A DNA stretch of 64,000 nucleotides. It comes from Acidimicrobiales bacterium (lineage in GTDB: Bacteria; Actinomycetota; Acidimicrobiia; Acidimicrobiales; CATQHL01). The position numbers and the translations under genes were made by a program. Location: contig OY760933.1 in NCBI GenBank assembly GCA_963664235.1, positions 76,503 to 140,502 on the forward strand, given 5' to 3'. The notes under the pieces are model-generated. The model was not told the origin of the DNA. It saw only the letters and a program-made list of their open reading frames with translations, and made no database searches. Below are positions 43,415-52,781 of the stretch, piece by piece (position 1 is the first letter of the stretch; the number at the start of each line of letters is the position of its first letter).

Positions 43415-44686
43415 CTACCGAGGCCTGCGCGGGACGCTCCTGATCGGCTCCGAGACGAGGGTGTCTCCCCCCGGGCTCGCGAGCTGCCGTTCCAGCGCCG
43501 TGAACTCCTCGATGACTTCGGGGGCCTCGAACGCACGGTTTCGCCGCCCGAGGGTCACCTGCGCAAGAATGCCGGCTCCCACGAGCCGCTCGATCGCCTG
43601 GTTGGTCGCCTGGAACGACCGTCCGATCAACTCCGAGGCCGTCGTGGCGGTCAGCAAGGGCGCGCCCGGCAATGCGCGAACGAGCAGATCAGCTGCCGAG
43701 TCGCGGCGCACTGACCCGAGCCGCTCTCGCCAAGAGTCCTGGAGCGTACGCACCTGCTCCTCGAAGCGCCCGGCGTCGGTGGCGGCCCGCCGGCATGCGC
43801 TCGCGAACAGCGCGATCCAACCGTTGAGACCGGCGCGGGCTTGCTCGGATTCGGGCGCGCCTTCATAGCGGGTCCCCATGAGTCCACCCACGTAGTCGCG
43901 AGGCCATGTGGCGAGGATCAGCGAGACCGGGGGAAGGACGCGCGGCGCGAGTCCGCGCCGTCGCAACACCAGGTGAATCAGCGCACGCCCCGTGCGCCCG
44001 TTCCCGTCGACGAACGGATGGATCGTCTCGAACTGTGCGTGGGCAATGGCCGCCTGCGCGACCGCTGGCAGGGAGTCGTCATTGCAGAACGAGGCGAGGT
44101 CCGCCACCAGCGCATCGACCAGGTCGTGCGGCGGTGGCACGAAGGCCGCCGAACACGGGTTGTAGTCGCTGCCGCCGATCCAGTTCTGGACGGCACGGGT
44201 GCGGCCGCCGTGGCCGGCGAGACGCGTACCGGCGAGCAGGCGGCGATGCGCCTCCTTCACGATCTCCACGGTGATCGCCCCCCTCGGCGGCACCGCCTCG
44301 GTGGCCCAGAGCATCGCCTCGATGTTCCCGAGCACCTCCACGGCGGTGATGTCGCTCGGGTCCTCGCCGAGTTGGCGGGCGGCCTGGGCACGGAGGAGCC
44401 GGCGGCCCCCCACCTCCAAACCTTCGATCCGGGAAGAGGCCACCGCTTCGGCGCGAAGCAGCAGCCGGGCCAGCGCCTCGGTGCCGGCGAGCGCGCCCGC
44501 CGTGGCGTCGAGCCGGGCGAGTGCCGCTTCGGCATCGGCGACATCGGCCGCAACATCGCCGTCGAGCAAGAAGCGCCGACCGACGAGGGGGTCGGGGATA
44601 TAGACCTCGTAGTCGCAAGGACGGCGATCGCGGCGTGTGAGGCCACGATCGTCGCCCGCCCAGTTCCGCGTTTCCAACCGAGCCAT
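43415..44686 (-). CDS. Fic/DOC family protein (Fido domain) with an N-terminal inhibitory-helix motif
   Basis: It has the Fic motif HPFVDGNGRTGRA, and an N-terminal SSRIEG that matches the (S/T)xxxE(G/N) inhibitory motif. Start set at ATG 44686, preceded by GGAAGG. The track start at 44704 is a TTG. Confidence 0.8.
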   Translation of the reverse strand: MARLETRNWAGDDRGLTRRDRRPCDYEVYIPDPLVGRRFLLDGDVAADVADAEAALARLDATAGALAGTEALARLLLRAEAVASSRIEGLEVGGRRLLRAQAARQLGEDPSDITAVEVLGNIEAMLWATEAVPPRGAITVEIVKEAHRRLLAGTRLAGHGGRTRAVQNWIGGSDYNPCSAAFVPPPHDLVDALVADLASFCNDDSLPAVAQAAIAHAQFETIHPFVDGNGRTGRALIHLVLRRRGLAPRVLPPVSLILATWPRDYVGGLMGTRYEGAPESEQARAGLNGWIALFASACRRAATDAGRFEEQVRTLQDSWRERLGSVRRDSAADLLVRALPGAPLLTATTASELIGRSFQATNQAIERLVGAGILAQVTLGRRNRAFEAPEVIEEFTALERQLASPGGDTLVSEPIRSVPRRPR

Positions 44687-44697
44687 CTCGACCTTCC

Positions 44698-44726
44698 TAT
44701 TCAAGGATACAATACAACCTTGAATA
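44698..44726. promoter_or_regulatory. Perfect 9-bp inverted repeat just upstream of the Fic start (candidate operator)
   Basis: TATTCAAGG-atacaatacaa-CCTTGAATA lies 11 nt upstream of ATG 44686 and abuts the RBS. Confidence 0.4.
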
Positions 44727-44812
44727 CAGGTCCCGGCAATTCACGGCGGAGGTGAACCCCTGCCGACCCGCCGGCGGGAGTCCGTAGCAACGAAGGAGCT
44801 AGACGGCCCCGC

Positions 44813-44865
44813 TCGGTTAACGAGCCCCGGCGGGCCGCTCAGATGCGGTAGACGCGCTCCGCGTT
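44813..44865. repeat. Direct repeat B (lactonase 3' end plus downstream tail), duplicated at 39707..39757
   Basis: See 39707..39757. Confidence 0.8.
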
Positions 44866-45726
44866 CTTGGAGAACAGGGCCTCCTGCTCGTCGCGGCTGA
44901 AGTCCGAGATGATCTCGCGGTAGGCCGCCACGACGTCGGCGTAGCTGGAGTACATCCTGTCCACCGGCCAGTTGGTGCCGAAGAACGAGCGCTCGACGCC
45001 GAAGGCCTCGATGCAGCCCAGCACCCAGCGACCGATGGAGTCGGTGGTCCAGTTGGTGCCGGCCATCTGATGGCCCATCCCCAGCCCGGAGATCTTGATG
45101 ACGCAGTTCTCGGCCTCGGCGATGGCGTCCATGCCGGCCCGCCAGTTGGCGAAGTACTCGTCGTCGATGGCCTGCGGGAAGCCGGCGTGGTCGAGGATCA
45201 TCACGATGTTGGGATACTTCTTGGCCAGGGCGCCGGCCTTGGCCATGTTCTCCCAGGTGCAGTCCAGGTCATAGACCAGGTTGTACTTCTCCAGCAGGGC
45301 GTAGCCGCGGTGGAAGTTGGGGTCCACCAGGTAGTCGCCCTCGGCGAAGTCTCGAAGGCCCCGGAACAGCGGGAACTCGCAGTGGCGGGCGATGGTCTCC
45401 TCGACGTCGGGGCTCTGCATGCGGGCGTCGCCGGTGATTCCATGCGGCCAACCCGTGGCCTCGGCCATCTCCGACAGCCAGCGGGTCTCCTCCACCGGGT
45501 CGGCCGTGCCGATGGCGGCCTGCACGTGCACCGCCTTGGTCACCCCGCAGCCCTCGATGTCGGCGAGGTACTCGTCGGGGGTGTAGCGCCTCATGTCCTT
45601 GAGCGGCCGGATATCGCCGAGCTGCGGGTGGACGAAATCGTCCTCCAGCCACACCCACTCCAGCGGCGGGTGCGGGCGGTCCCAGTAGTGGATGTGAGAG
45701 TCCACGAAGGCCAAGTCGCTGCTCAT
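44839..45726 (-). CDS. Amidohydrolase_2 family sugar lactonase-like enzyme (L-fucono/rhamnono-lactonase type)
   Basis: Start taken at inner ATG 45726, preceded by AGGAGG. Motifs seen are VDSHIHYW, ...ILDHAG... and ...FGTNWPV.... It is the last gene of the sugar ABC operon. Confidence 0.7.
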   Translation of the reverse strand: MSSDLAFVDSHIHYWDRPHPPLEWVWLEDDFVHPQLGDIRPLKDMRRYTPDEYLADIEGCGVTKAVHVQAAIGTADPVEETRWLSEMAEATGWPHGITGDARMQSPDVEETIARHCEFPLFRGLRDFAEGDYLVDPNFHRGYALLEKYNLVYDLDCTWENMAKAGALAKKYPNIVMILDHAGFPQAIDDEYFANWRAGMDAIAEAENCVIKISGLGMGHQMAGTNWTTDSIGRWVLGCIEAFGVERSFFGTNWPVDRMYSSYADVVAAYREIISDFSRDEQEALFSKNAERVYRI

Positions 45727-45782
45727 GGGGAACCTCCTGGGGAGCGATGGAAAGACGGCGCGTCGGGCTGCGACGATACCTG

Positions 45783-46907
45783 TTAGGTGTCGGCGCCGGC
45801 GAAGCGGACGCGGATTCTGTCGACGGTCACAGCGCCGAGCAACAGCGAACCCTGGGCCACCTCGATCCAGAATGTCTGCACGCTGAGCTGGATGAGGCCG
45901 TTGCGCAGAACGCCAATGACCAGCAGGGCCAACACCGTCCCGAGGATGGTGCCGCTGCCCCCGTTGAGGCTGGCCCCGCCCAAAATGACGGCGGTGAGCA
46001 CCTGCAGCTCCCAGCCCAGGCCGGTGTTGATCGACTGCGAGCCGACCTGCGAGAGGCGGATGAGCCCTGCGAGGCCGATCATCAGACCCGACAGGATGAA
46101 GCCGTAGGTGATGTAGCGCCGGACCCTGATGCCGGCCAGCCGGGCAGCCTCGGGACTTGCCCCGATGGCGTACAGCGCCCGGCCGTAGGTGGTGTAGCGC
46201 AACATGACCACGAACAGGATCACCACCCCGGCGAAGATGAACACCCCGAGGGGGATGTTCGCCACCGGGCGGGAACTTCCGAGGGCGCCGAACTCGTTCA
46301 TGCGCACCGTCTGGCCCTCGCCAAGCACCTTCGTGAGGCCACGCCACACCGCCAGGGTTCCCAGCGTCGTGATGATCGAGTTGAGTCCGAGGCCGGTGAC
46401 GAAGAAGCTGTTCATGCCGCCGACCACGAACATGGTCGCGATGGCGATCAACAGCGCCTCGGCCAGCCCCAAGCCGAGGCCGTAGGAGGTGATGGTGGAG
46501 TCGGTGGCCGTCTGGGAGATGGCGGCCATCATCCCGACGATTCCCGCCCCGGACCCCACCGACAGATCCACCTGACCCGCCACCAGCAGCAACGTGGCCG
46601 GCATGGCGATGATCCCGATGGGGGCCATCGTCTGCAGAACGTTGACGATGTTGTCGTAGGTGAAGAAGAACTCCGCCTTGATGGCGAAGAAGATCACCAG
46701 GGCTGCCAGCACCAGGATGAGGGCCAGCGACTCCTGGACTTTGCCGAGTTTCGGCCGCGTCCCCATGATGCGCGCCACGCGCCCGGCCGCCTCTTCAGCG
46801 CTCTCGTCCTGGCGTCCCCTGAAGACGTCAGCAGTCGTCGGCACCGTGCGTTCGTCCCGCCCGCCGGATGCGCTGTGACTCTGCTCGTTCTTGCTGTCGT
46901 CAGACAC
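45783..46907 (-). CDS. Sugar ABC transporter permease (RbsC/AraH family)
   Basis: Polytopic membrane protein with the RbsC-like pattern (...LLVAGQVDLSVGS..., ...GGASLNGGSGTILGT...). The N-terminal ~47 aa are hydrophilic. ATG 46766 is an alternative start. Confidence 0.8.
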   Translation of the reverse strand: MSDDSKNEQSHSASGGRDERTVPTTADVFRGRQDESAEEAAGRVARIMGTRPKLGKVQESLALILVLAALVIFFAIKAEFFFTYDNIVNVLQTMAPIGIIAMPATLLLVAGQVDLSVGSGAGIVGMMAAISQTATDSTITSYGLGLGLAEALLIAIATMFVVGGMNSFFVTGLGLNSIITTLGTLAVWRGLTKVLGEGQTVRMNEFGALGSSRPVANIPLGVFIFAGVVILFVVMLRYTTYGRALYAIGASPEAARLAGIRVRRYITYGFILSGLMIGLAGLIRLSQVGSQSINTGLGWELQVLTAVILGGASLNGGSGTILGTVLALLVIGVLRNGLIQLSVQTFWIEVAQGSLLLGAVTVDRIRVRFAGADT

Positions 46908-46966
46908 AATCCCTCCGGCAGTAATTCGTGTAGGTCGGTCGATATCGATCGATGGGGCGCATGCTC

Positions 46967-48475
46967 TCAGCCGCCGGCGAGTTCCAGGAGGGCGCCGGTG
47001 GTGATCTCATCACCCTGCAACTCGGCCACGATGGCGCCCTTGGTCATGACATAGACCCGGTCGGCGACCTGGAAGGCCTCCTCGTAGTCCGAGGTCACCA
47101 CCAGTACGCCGACTCCGCTGGAAGCCAGATCGCGCAGGGCGCCGTAGATGTCCTCTCTGGCACCCACGTCGACGCCGCGGGTGGGTTCCACGAGCACCAG
47201 CACGTCAGACTGGTTCTCCAACCAGCGAGCCAGCAGGACCTTCTGCTGGTTGCCGCCCGACAGGGTGCCCATGATCTGCTGGGGGTCGTTGCGGGAGCGG
47301 ATCGAGAGCTTCTGGTGCCAGCGCTGGTAGGCCTCGGCCTCGGTGGCCTTGCGGATCCAGAATCCGTACTTGGCGAGACGCTGCCAGGAGGCCACAGCCA
47401 CGTTCTCGGCAACCGGGCGAACCATGAACCCCCCTGCCGTCTTGCGCTCGGCCGGCAGGTAGCCGATGCCGGTGCTCACCGCGCCGATGGGACTCTCGGG
47501 CGCGTCCACGTCGCCGGTGCCAATCTGCAGCGCGCCTCGGTCGATCGACCGCAGCCCGAACGCCGTCTCGGCCACCTCGCTGGCGCCTGACCCGAGCTTG
47601 CCGTAGAGAGCCACGACCTCGTGCGCCCCGACCTCCAGGTTCACGTCGTTGAAGTAGTCCAGGGCGCCGGCACCGGACCACTGCAGCACGGGCGCGTCGT
47701 CCTCGCCGTTGCTGACCGGTTCGGGACGCCCCAACGCGCTGGCCCGCCGACCGATCATGGCCTCCACCATCATCTTGCGGTCCACCTCGCTGGTCGGCGC
47801 TTCGAGTGCCGTGGACCCGTCGCGCAGAACCTGCACCCGGTCCGAGATTCGCTCCACCTCGTCGAGGCGGTGCGTGATGTAGACGATCGCCACGCCGTCG
47901 GCCCGCAGGCGCCGCACGAAATCGAACAGAATCTCGGCCTCGTGGAAGCTGAGTGCCGCCGTGGGCTCGTCCAGAATGAGAACCTTTGCTTCCCGGCTGA
48001 GAGCCCGGGCGATCTCGATGATCTGGCGCTCCCCGAGTCGCAGGTCGCCCACGATCCGGTCCGGGTCGATGTCCACCTCCAGCGCCGAGAGGATCTCGGT
48101 GGCCCGGCGCCGCACCTCGCCCCAGCGGATGAAGCCTCGCGTCGAGGGCAGGCTGCCCATGGAGATGTTCTCCGCCACCGAGAGGGTGGCGGCGTCCTGG
48201 AACTCCTGGGAGATGATGGCGATACCCAACTCGCGGGCCTCCCGCGAGGTCAGGGTTTCGTAGGCGTGTCCCCCGATCCGGATCGTTCCCGAGTCGGCCG
48301 TGTAGACGCCTGAGGAGATCTTGACGAGGGTCGACTTGCCGGCGCCGTTCTCACCGAGCAGCGCCAGCACGGAGCCGCCCGAGGCGTCGAGGTCCACGCC
48401 ATGCAGGACCTCGACGCCTCCGAACGACTTGCGTATGCCGCGCGCCGCGAGGATCGGCTCGGACGGAGTCGCCAT
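46967..48475 (-). CDS. Sugar ABC transporter ATP-binding protein, two fused ABC domains (RbsA family)
   Basis: It has Walker A GENGAGKST, Walker B ILDEPTAAL, and a second signature and Walker B (LSGGNQQK ... LVLVEPTRGVD). Confidence 0.85.
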   Translation of the reverse strand: MATPSEPILAARGIRKSFGGVEVLHGVDLDASGGSVLALLGENGAGKSTLVKISSGVYTADSGTIRIGGHAYETLTSREARELGIAIISQEFQDAATLSVAENISMGSLPSTRGFIRWGEVRRRATEILSALEVDIDPDRIVGDLRLGERQIIEIARALSREAKVLILDEPTAALSFHEAEILFDFVRRLRADGVAIVYITHRLDEVERISDRVQVLRDGSTALEAPTSEVDRKMMVEAMIGRRASALGRPEPVSNGEDDAPVLQWSGAGALDYFNDVNLEVGAHEVVALYGKLGSGASEVAETAFGLRSIDRGALQIGTGDVDAPESPIGAVSTGIGYLPAERKTAGGFMVRPVAENVAVASWQRLAKYGFWIRKATEAEAYQRWHQKLSIRSRNDPQQIMGTLSGGNQQKVLLARWLENQSDVLVLVEPTRGVDVGAREDIYGALRDLASSGVGVLVVTSDYEEAFQVADRVYVMTKGAIVAELQGDEITTGALLELAGG

Positions 48476-48511
48476 CCGGTCCGATCTCTCGCGACGCTCT
48501 CGTTCAGACGG

Positions 48512-49813
48512 CTACGAGCAGCCAGTGACCTCGTAGTAGTCGTCGATGTTCTCCGAAGTGATCTGCTGGTGAGGCGTGAACAACTGGCCGGCGATGCTGT
48601 TGCCCTCGATGGCGTTGATGATCGCCGGGAGCAGGATCGTGCCGTACCGCTCGGGGAAGTAGGCCACCGAGGCGATGTAGTTCGGGTTGTTCTTGACATC
48701 GCACCAGATGCTCGGATCCGTGCCCTGGCCCGAGAAGTAGAGGTCGCCGTCGCGTCCCAGCGTCCGGGCTGCGGCGATGGCACCGATGATGCCGTCCTCG
48801 TTGATGGCAACAACCGCGATGCGGTCACCGGGCAGCGCCGGCAGCAGGTCGGTGAGCTGCTCGAGCGCCGGGTCGGTCCGATCGGCACCGTCCATGATCT
48901 GCTCGTTGATGATCGGGCAGTGCTCGGTGAAGCCCTGACGATAGCCACCCATGCGGTCGCGGTTGGCCGCGCCGGCGGCCGTGGACTCCAGCGAGATGTA
49001 CGCCGTGTAGTCACAGTCGAAGTTCTCCTTGAAGTACGCACCGAGGGCGCTGCCGCCGAGGTAGCCGGCGTAGCCGTTGTTGGCGCCCATGAAGGAGAGC
49101 TGGCACGGGGGCTGGATGATGTCGATGGCGATCACGGGGATGCCCTCGGGCAGGGCCGCGCAGATCTCCGGCGATGACTCCTGGAACACCTGGAAGTTCA
49201 GCAGGCCCTCAACGCCCTGGACCTCGAAGGTCTGAGCGCATTCCAGCGCCTTGCCCGCATCGATCTCGGAGTCGCAGAAGAGAAGCTCGACGCCCTGGCG
49301 CTCCGCCTCTTCCTTGATGCCGTCGGAGACCAACTTCACGAACGGAACCTGATCGCCGAGGGAGATGTAACCGACCTTGTAGGCGGGGCGCTCGGCTGCC
49401 GCGGCGGCGGCCTGCGCGGCTGCAGCCTCGTTCTCGGCCCTGTCCGCCTCTGTGCGGGCAGACTCAGCCTCGGCACGAGCAGCCTCAGCCTCGGCGCGGG
49501 CGGCATCAGCAGCGGCCTGCGCTTCGGCGTCACCACTGGCAGCGGCCTCAGCCTCGGCACGGGCGGCATCCGCTTCAGCGGTAGCGGCGGCAGCCTCAGC
49601 GCGGGCAGCTTCCGCCTCAGCGGTAGCGGCCGCAGCCTCCTGGCGGGCGGACTCGGCCTCGGCCTGCGCAGCCGCAGCATCCGCCTCGGCGGCCGCAATG
49701 GCCTGCTGGGCGGCGGCATCGGCGGCACCGTCGTCGCCGTCGTCGCCGGCACACGCCGACGCCACAAGGGCCAGCACGAAGGCAAGCGCTAGCAATCGTC
49801 GAATTGCTTTCAT
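48512..49813 (-). CDS. Sugar-binding (Peripla_BP_1/4, RbsB-like) lipoprotein with a ~125-aa Ala/Glu/Arg stalk
   Basis: RBS GGGAGAGGGAGA, then the signal peptide and lipobox MKAIRRLLALAFVLALVASAC, then the stalk ...AEAEAARAEAAAATAEADAARAEAEAA.... The SBP body begins ...YKVGYISLGDQVPFVKLVSDGIKEEA.... Confidence 0.8.
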   Translation of the reverse strand: MKAIRRLLALAFVLALVASACAGDDGDDGAADAAAQQAIAAAEADAAAAQAEAESARQEAAAATAEAEAARAEAAAATAEADAARAEAEAAASGDAEAQAAADAARAEAEAARAEAESARTEADRAENEAAAAQAAAAAAERPAYKVGYISLGDQVPFVKLVSDGIKEEAERQGVELLFCDSEIDAGKALECAQTFEVQGVEGLLNFQVFQESSPEICAALPEGIPVIAIDIIQPPCQLSFMGANNGYAGYLGGSALGAYFKENFDCDYTAYISLESTAAGAANRDRMGGYRQGFTEHCPIINEQIMDGADRTDPALEQLTDLLPALPGDRIAVVAINEDGIIGAIAAARTLGRDGDLYFSGQGTDPSIWCDVKNNPNYIASVAYFPERYGTILLPAIINAIEGNSIAGQLFTPHQQITSENIDDYYEVTGCS

Positions 49814-50045
49814 GGGTTGATCTCCCTCTCCCGGGTTCTCTCGATTGTGACGCGCCGAACAACCATCGGTAATGACACTGCTCGCGCTACGCCGCCACGC
49901 CGTTCTGAGCGCTGGGAGAGCATACGACGACAGACCCTGCAGTCCAAACCACCGGTTGGGTAAACGACCTGGCGCGGGCTGGTGTTAGCGTCGCGGCGGC
50001 GCCGCCGGCCGGTGCGCCCCCCGAGCGACCACATCTGGAGGACCA

Positions 50046-50360
50046 ATGGAGCGGTTCTGTTTCACGTTCGAGATATTCGAGGGCATGGAGGATGAGTACA
50101 AGCGCCGCCACGACGAGATCTGGCCTGAACTGGTCGAACTGATCCAGGACTCGGGACTCAAGAACTACTCGCTGTTCCGCCGCGGCACCCAGGTCATCGC
50201 GTATGTGGAATGCCATCCCGACAAGGACGCCGCCTTCGCCCACATCGCCGGCTCGGAGGTGAACGCCCGCTGGTCCAAGTGGTTCGAAGAGGTCATCGTC
50301 AGCCTCACCGACTCCGACGGGAACCTCTACGAGGCCGCCGAGGTCTGGCACCTCGACTGA
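50046..50360 (+). CDS. rhaM: L-rhamnose mutarotase family protein
   Basis: 104 aa, RBS GGAGGA. It has the RhaM pattern (...YKRRHDEIWPEL...GLKNYS.F...). Confidence 0.75.
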   Translation: MERFCFTFEIFEGMEDEYKRRHDEIWPELVELIQDSGLKNYSLFRRGTQVIAYVECHPDKDAAFAHIAGSEVNARWSKWFEEVIVSLTDSDGNLYEAAEVWHLD

Positions 50361-50372
50361 GGCGGTTCGCTC

Positions 50373-51479
50373 CTAGTGGTCGACCCGGTAGCGCGCCACG
50401 TAGTCGGCGTCCAGTTCGATTCCCCAGCCCGGCCCCTGCGGCAGCGGGTACATCCCGTCGCTGATCTCGGGGCGGTTGGCCATGAGGTTCCAGAACAGGG
50501 GATCCCGGTTGGGGTGGAAGCACTCCACGTAGGTCCCATGCGGGATCGACGCCAGCATGTGGGCGGAGATCTGCGGCTCCTCGTGGTGGCCCACTTCGAC
50601 GCCGTAGACGGCTGCCATCCCGGCGACCCGGCGCCACTCGGTGGGCCCACCGCCCCAGGATGCGTCGAAGTTGCAGACGTCGATTGCCCCGGCGGCCATC
50701 AACTCGCCCGCCCCCTTGCGTGACATCTCGCTCTGGCCTGCGGCGACCGGCACACCCGCCATGTTGCGCACATCACGCATGCCGCGGGTGTCGTTGAACC
50801 AGCGCACCGGCTCCTCGAACCAGCGCAGGTTCTCCGCTCCCACCAGGCGCACGAAGCGGATCGCTTCGGCCACGCTGTAGCCGCCGTTGGCGTCGGCCAT
50901 GAGGATGAAGTCCTCGCCGGCGGCCTCCTGCATCACCTTGAAGCGGTGCGCGTCGGTCTCCGGCGCCTGGCCGCCGACCTTGGTCTTGCAGCCGGCGAGG
51001 CCGATGTCGCGGTAGTACTGCATCTCGGCGGCCAACTCGGCGTCGGACTTACCGTGGTAGCCCCCGATGGCGACGATCGGCATGGCGTCGCGGTAGCCGC
51101 CCCAGAGCCGGTACAGCGGCATGTCGGCCGCCTTCCCGACCACGTCCCACAGAGCGCTGTCCACGCAGGCGATGGCCATGATGACCAGCTTGCGGTCGCG
51201 CAGGATGTCGAAGGTGAGCGGCTCCATCGCCTGCCAGCAGTTCTCCACCAGCAACGGGTCGCGGCCAACGAGCATGGGCTGCAGTTCGGTGGTGATGATG
51301 CGGGCGATCTCGTGCTGGGTGTGCACCTCGTCGCCGTTGTAGATCTCCCCGACGATGCCCTCGTCGGTGTAGACACGGGTGATGAGCGTCGCCCGCTCAG
51401 ACATCGAGTAGGCGGAGCCCTTGAATGTCTCGGCGAGGGGCACCACCAGGGGCACGACCTCGATGCGTTCGATCTTCAC
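50373..51479 (-). CDS. Enolase-superfamily (mandelate racemase/muconate lactonizing) acid-sugar dehydratase-like enzyme
   Basis: Start set at GTG 51479, preceded by GGGAGAG. Motifs seen are KTKVGG (KxK), DANGGY and FEEP. The long N-terminal extension in the track is Arg/Pro-rich. Confidence 0.75.
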   Translation of the reverse strand: MKIERIEVVPLVVPLAETFKGSAYSMSERATLITRVYTDEGIVGEIYNGDEVHTQHEIARIITTELQPMLVGRDPLLVENCWQAMEPLTFDILRDRKLVIMAIACVDSALWDVVGKAADMPLYRLWGGYRDAMPIVAIGGYHGKSDAELAAEMQYYRDIGLAGCKTKVGGQAPETDAHRFKVMQEAAGEDFILMADANGGYSVAEAIRFVRLVGAENLRWFEEPVRWFNDTRGMRDVRNMAGVPVAAGQSEMSRKGAGELMAAGAIDVCNFDASWGGGPTEWRRVAGMAAVYGVEVGHHEEPQISAHMLASIPHGTYVECFHPNRDPLFWNLMANRPEISDGMYPLPQGPGWGIELDADYVARYRVDH

Positions 51480-51602
51480 GGGGCTCTCCCTGTCGATTGG
51501 CTCGGGGAAGTATAGGTGTGACCCCAAGGTCGGCGGCCCGGGGGCGTGCCTCGCCGGAACGCATTCTTGGATGCATCTCAGGGGGGAATAGGATCGTCTG
51601 CA

Positions 51603-52739
51603 GTGCATGAAGAACCCTCGTGGACAATGGGGATCGAGGAGGAATATCTCATCGTCGAGCGGGAGACCGGCGCCCTGGTGGCGCAACCCCCCGGCCTGAT
51701 CGAGAGAGTCGCCGACCTGCGGCACGGCCTGGTGGGCCGCGAATTGTTCGACTCCCAGGTCGAGATCGGGACAGTCGTCTGCGAGGACGTCAGACACCTC
51801 CGCGCCGACGTGGGGCTGCTGCGGATCGCGGTGACCGAGGCCGCCGAGGAGTTCGGCCTGGCACCCATCGCGGCATCCACGCACCCCTTCGCCAAGTGGG
51901 AACAGCAGCAGTTCACCGACAACGAGCGCTACCGGGCCCTGGCTCAGGACCTGCAGTACACGACCCGCCGCCTGGTGATCTCGGGGCTCCACGTGCACGT
52001 GGGGATCGAGGATCCCGAACTGCGGATCGACCTGATGGGACAGGTGGCCTACTTCCTGCCGTATCTGCTGGCGCTGTCCACGTCGTCACCGTTCTGGTCG
52101 GGCCAGGACACGGGCCTCAAGAGCTACCGCACGTCGGTCTTCCACGCCGTTCCACGCACCGGCCTGCCCGAGAAGTTCGAATCCTGGGCCGAGTTCGAGC
52201 GCCACACCGACGTGCTCATCGGGGCGGGGATCATCGAGGATTCCAGCAAGATCTGGTGGGACGTCCGCCCGTCGAAGCGCTACCCCACCCTCGAGCTCCG
52301 GGTGACGGACCTGCCCACCCGGATGGAGGACACCATCGCCATCGCCGCCACCTATGTGTGCGTGCTGCGGATGCTATGGAGGCTGAAGAGAGAGAACCAG
52401 CGCTGGCGCGACTACGCCAACTTCCTGATCGCCGAGAACATCTGGCGGGCGCAGCGCTACGGCACCACGGGCACGCTGTTGGACCTGGGCACCGGTGAGA
52501 TGGTCCCCTTCGCGGAATTGGCCGCCGAGATGGTCGAAGTGGTGCGGCCCGACGCCGAGGCCCTCGGTTGCACCGAGGAGGTGGAGCACATCAGGACCAT
52601 CTGCGAGCGGGGCACCTCTGCCGACCGTCAATTGGCCGTATACCGGGACGCCCTCAAGCAGGACGCGACGGAGGACGAGGCTCTGAAGGCCGTTGTGGAT
52701 GCGCTCATCGCCGACACGCTCGCCCCTCCCAGCAGGTAG
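51603..52739 (+). CDS. Carboxylate-amine ligase, glutamate-cysteine-ligase family 2 (YbdK-like)
   Basis: It has ...WTMGIEEEYLIV... and ...SGLHVHVGI.... The start is uncertain (GTG 51603 or ATG 51627). Confidence 0.7.
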   Translation: MHEEPSWTMGIEEEYLIVERETGALVAQPPGLIERVADLRHGLVGRELFDSQVEIGTVVCEDVRHLRADVGLLRIAVTEAAEEFGLAPIAASTHPFAKWEQQQFTDNERYRALAQDLQYTTRRLVISGLHVHVGIEDPELRIDLMGQVAYFLPYLLALSTSSPFWSGQDTGLKSYRTSVFHAVPRTGLPEKFESWAEFERHTDVLIGAGIIEDSSKIWWDVRPSKRYPTLELRVTDLPTRMEDTIAIAATYVCVLRMLWRLKRENQRWRDYANFLIAENIWRAQRYGTTGTLLDLGTGEMVPFAELAAEMVEVVRPDAEALGCTEEVEHIRTICERGTSADRQLAVYRDALKQDATEDEALKAVVDALIADTLAPPSR

Positions 52740-52781
52740 AGACTCGGGCTCCGCGCCGTGCCGGCCCGGAGCCGGCGGCGC

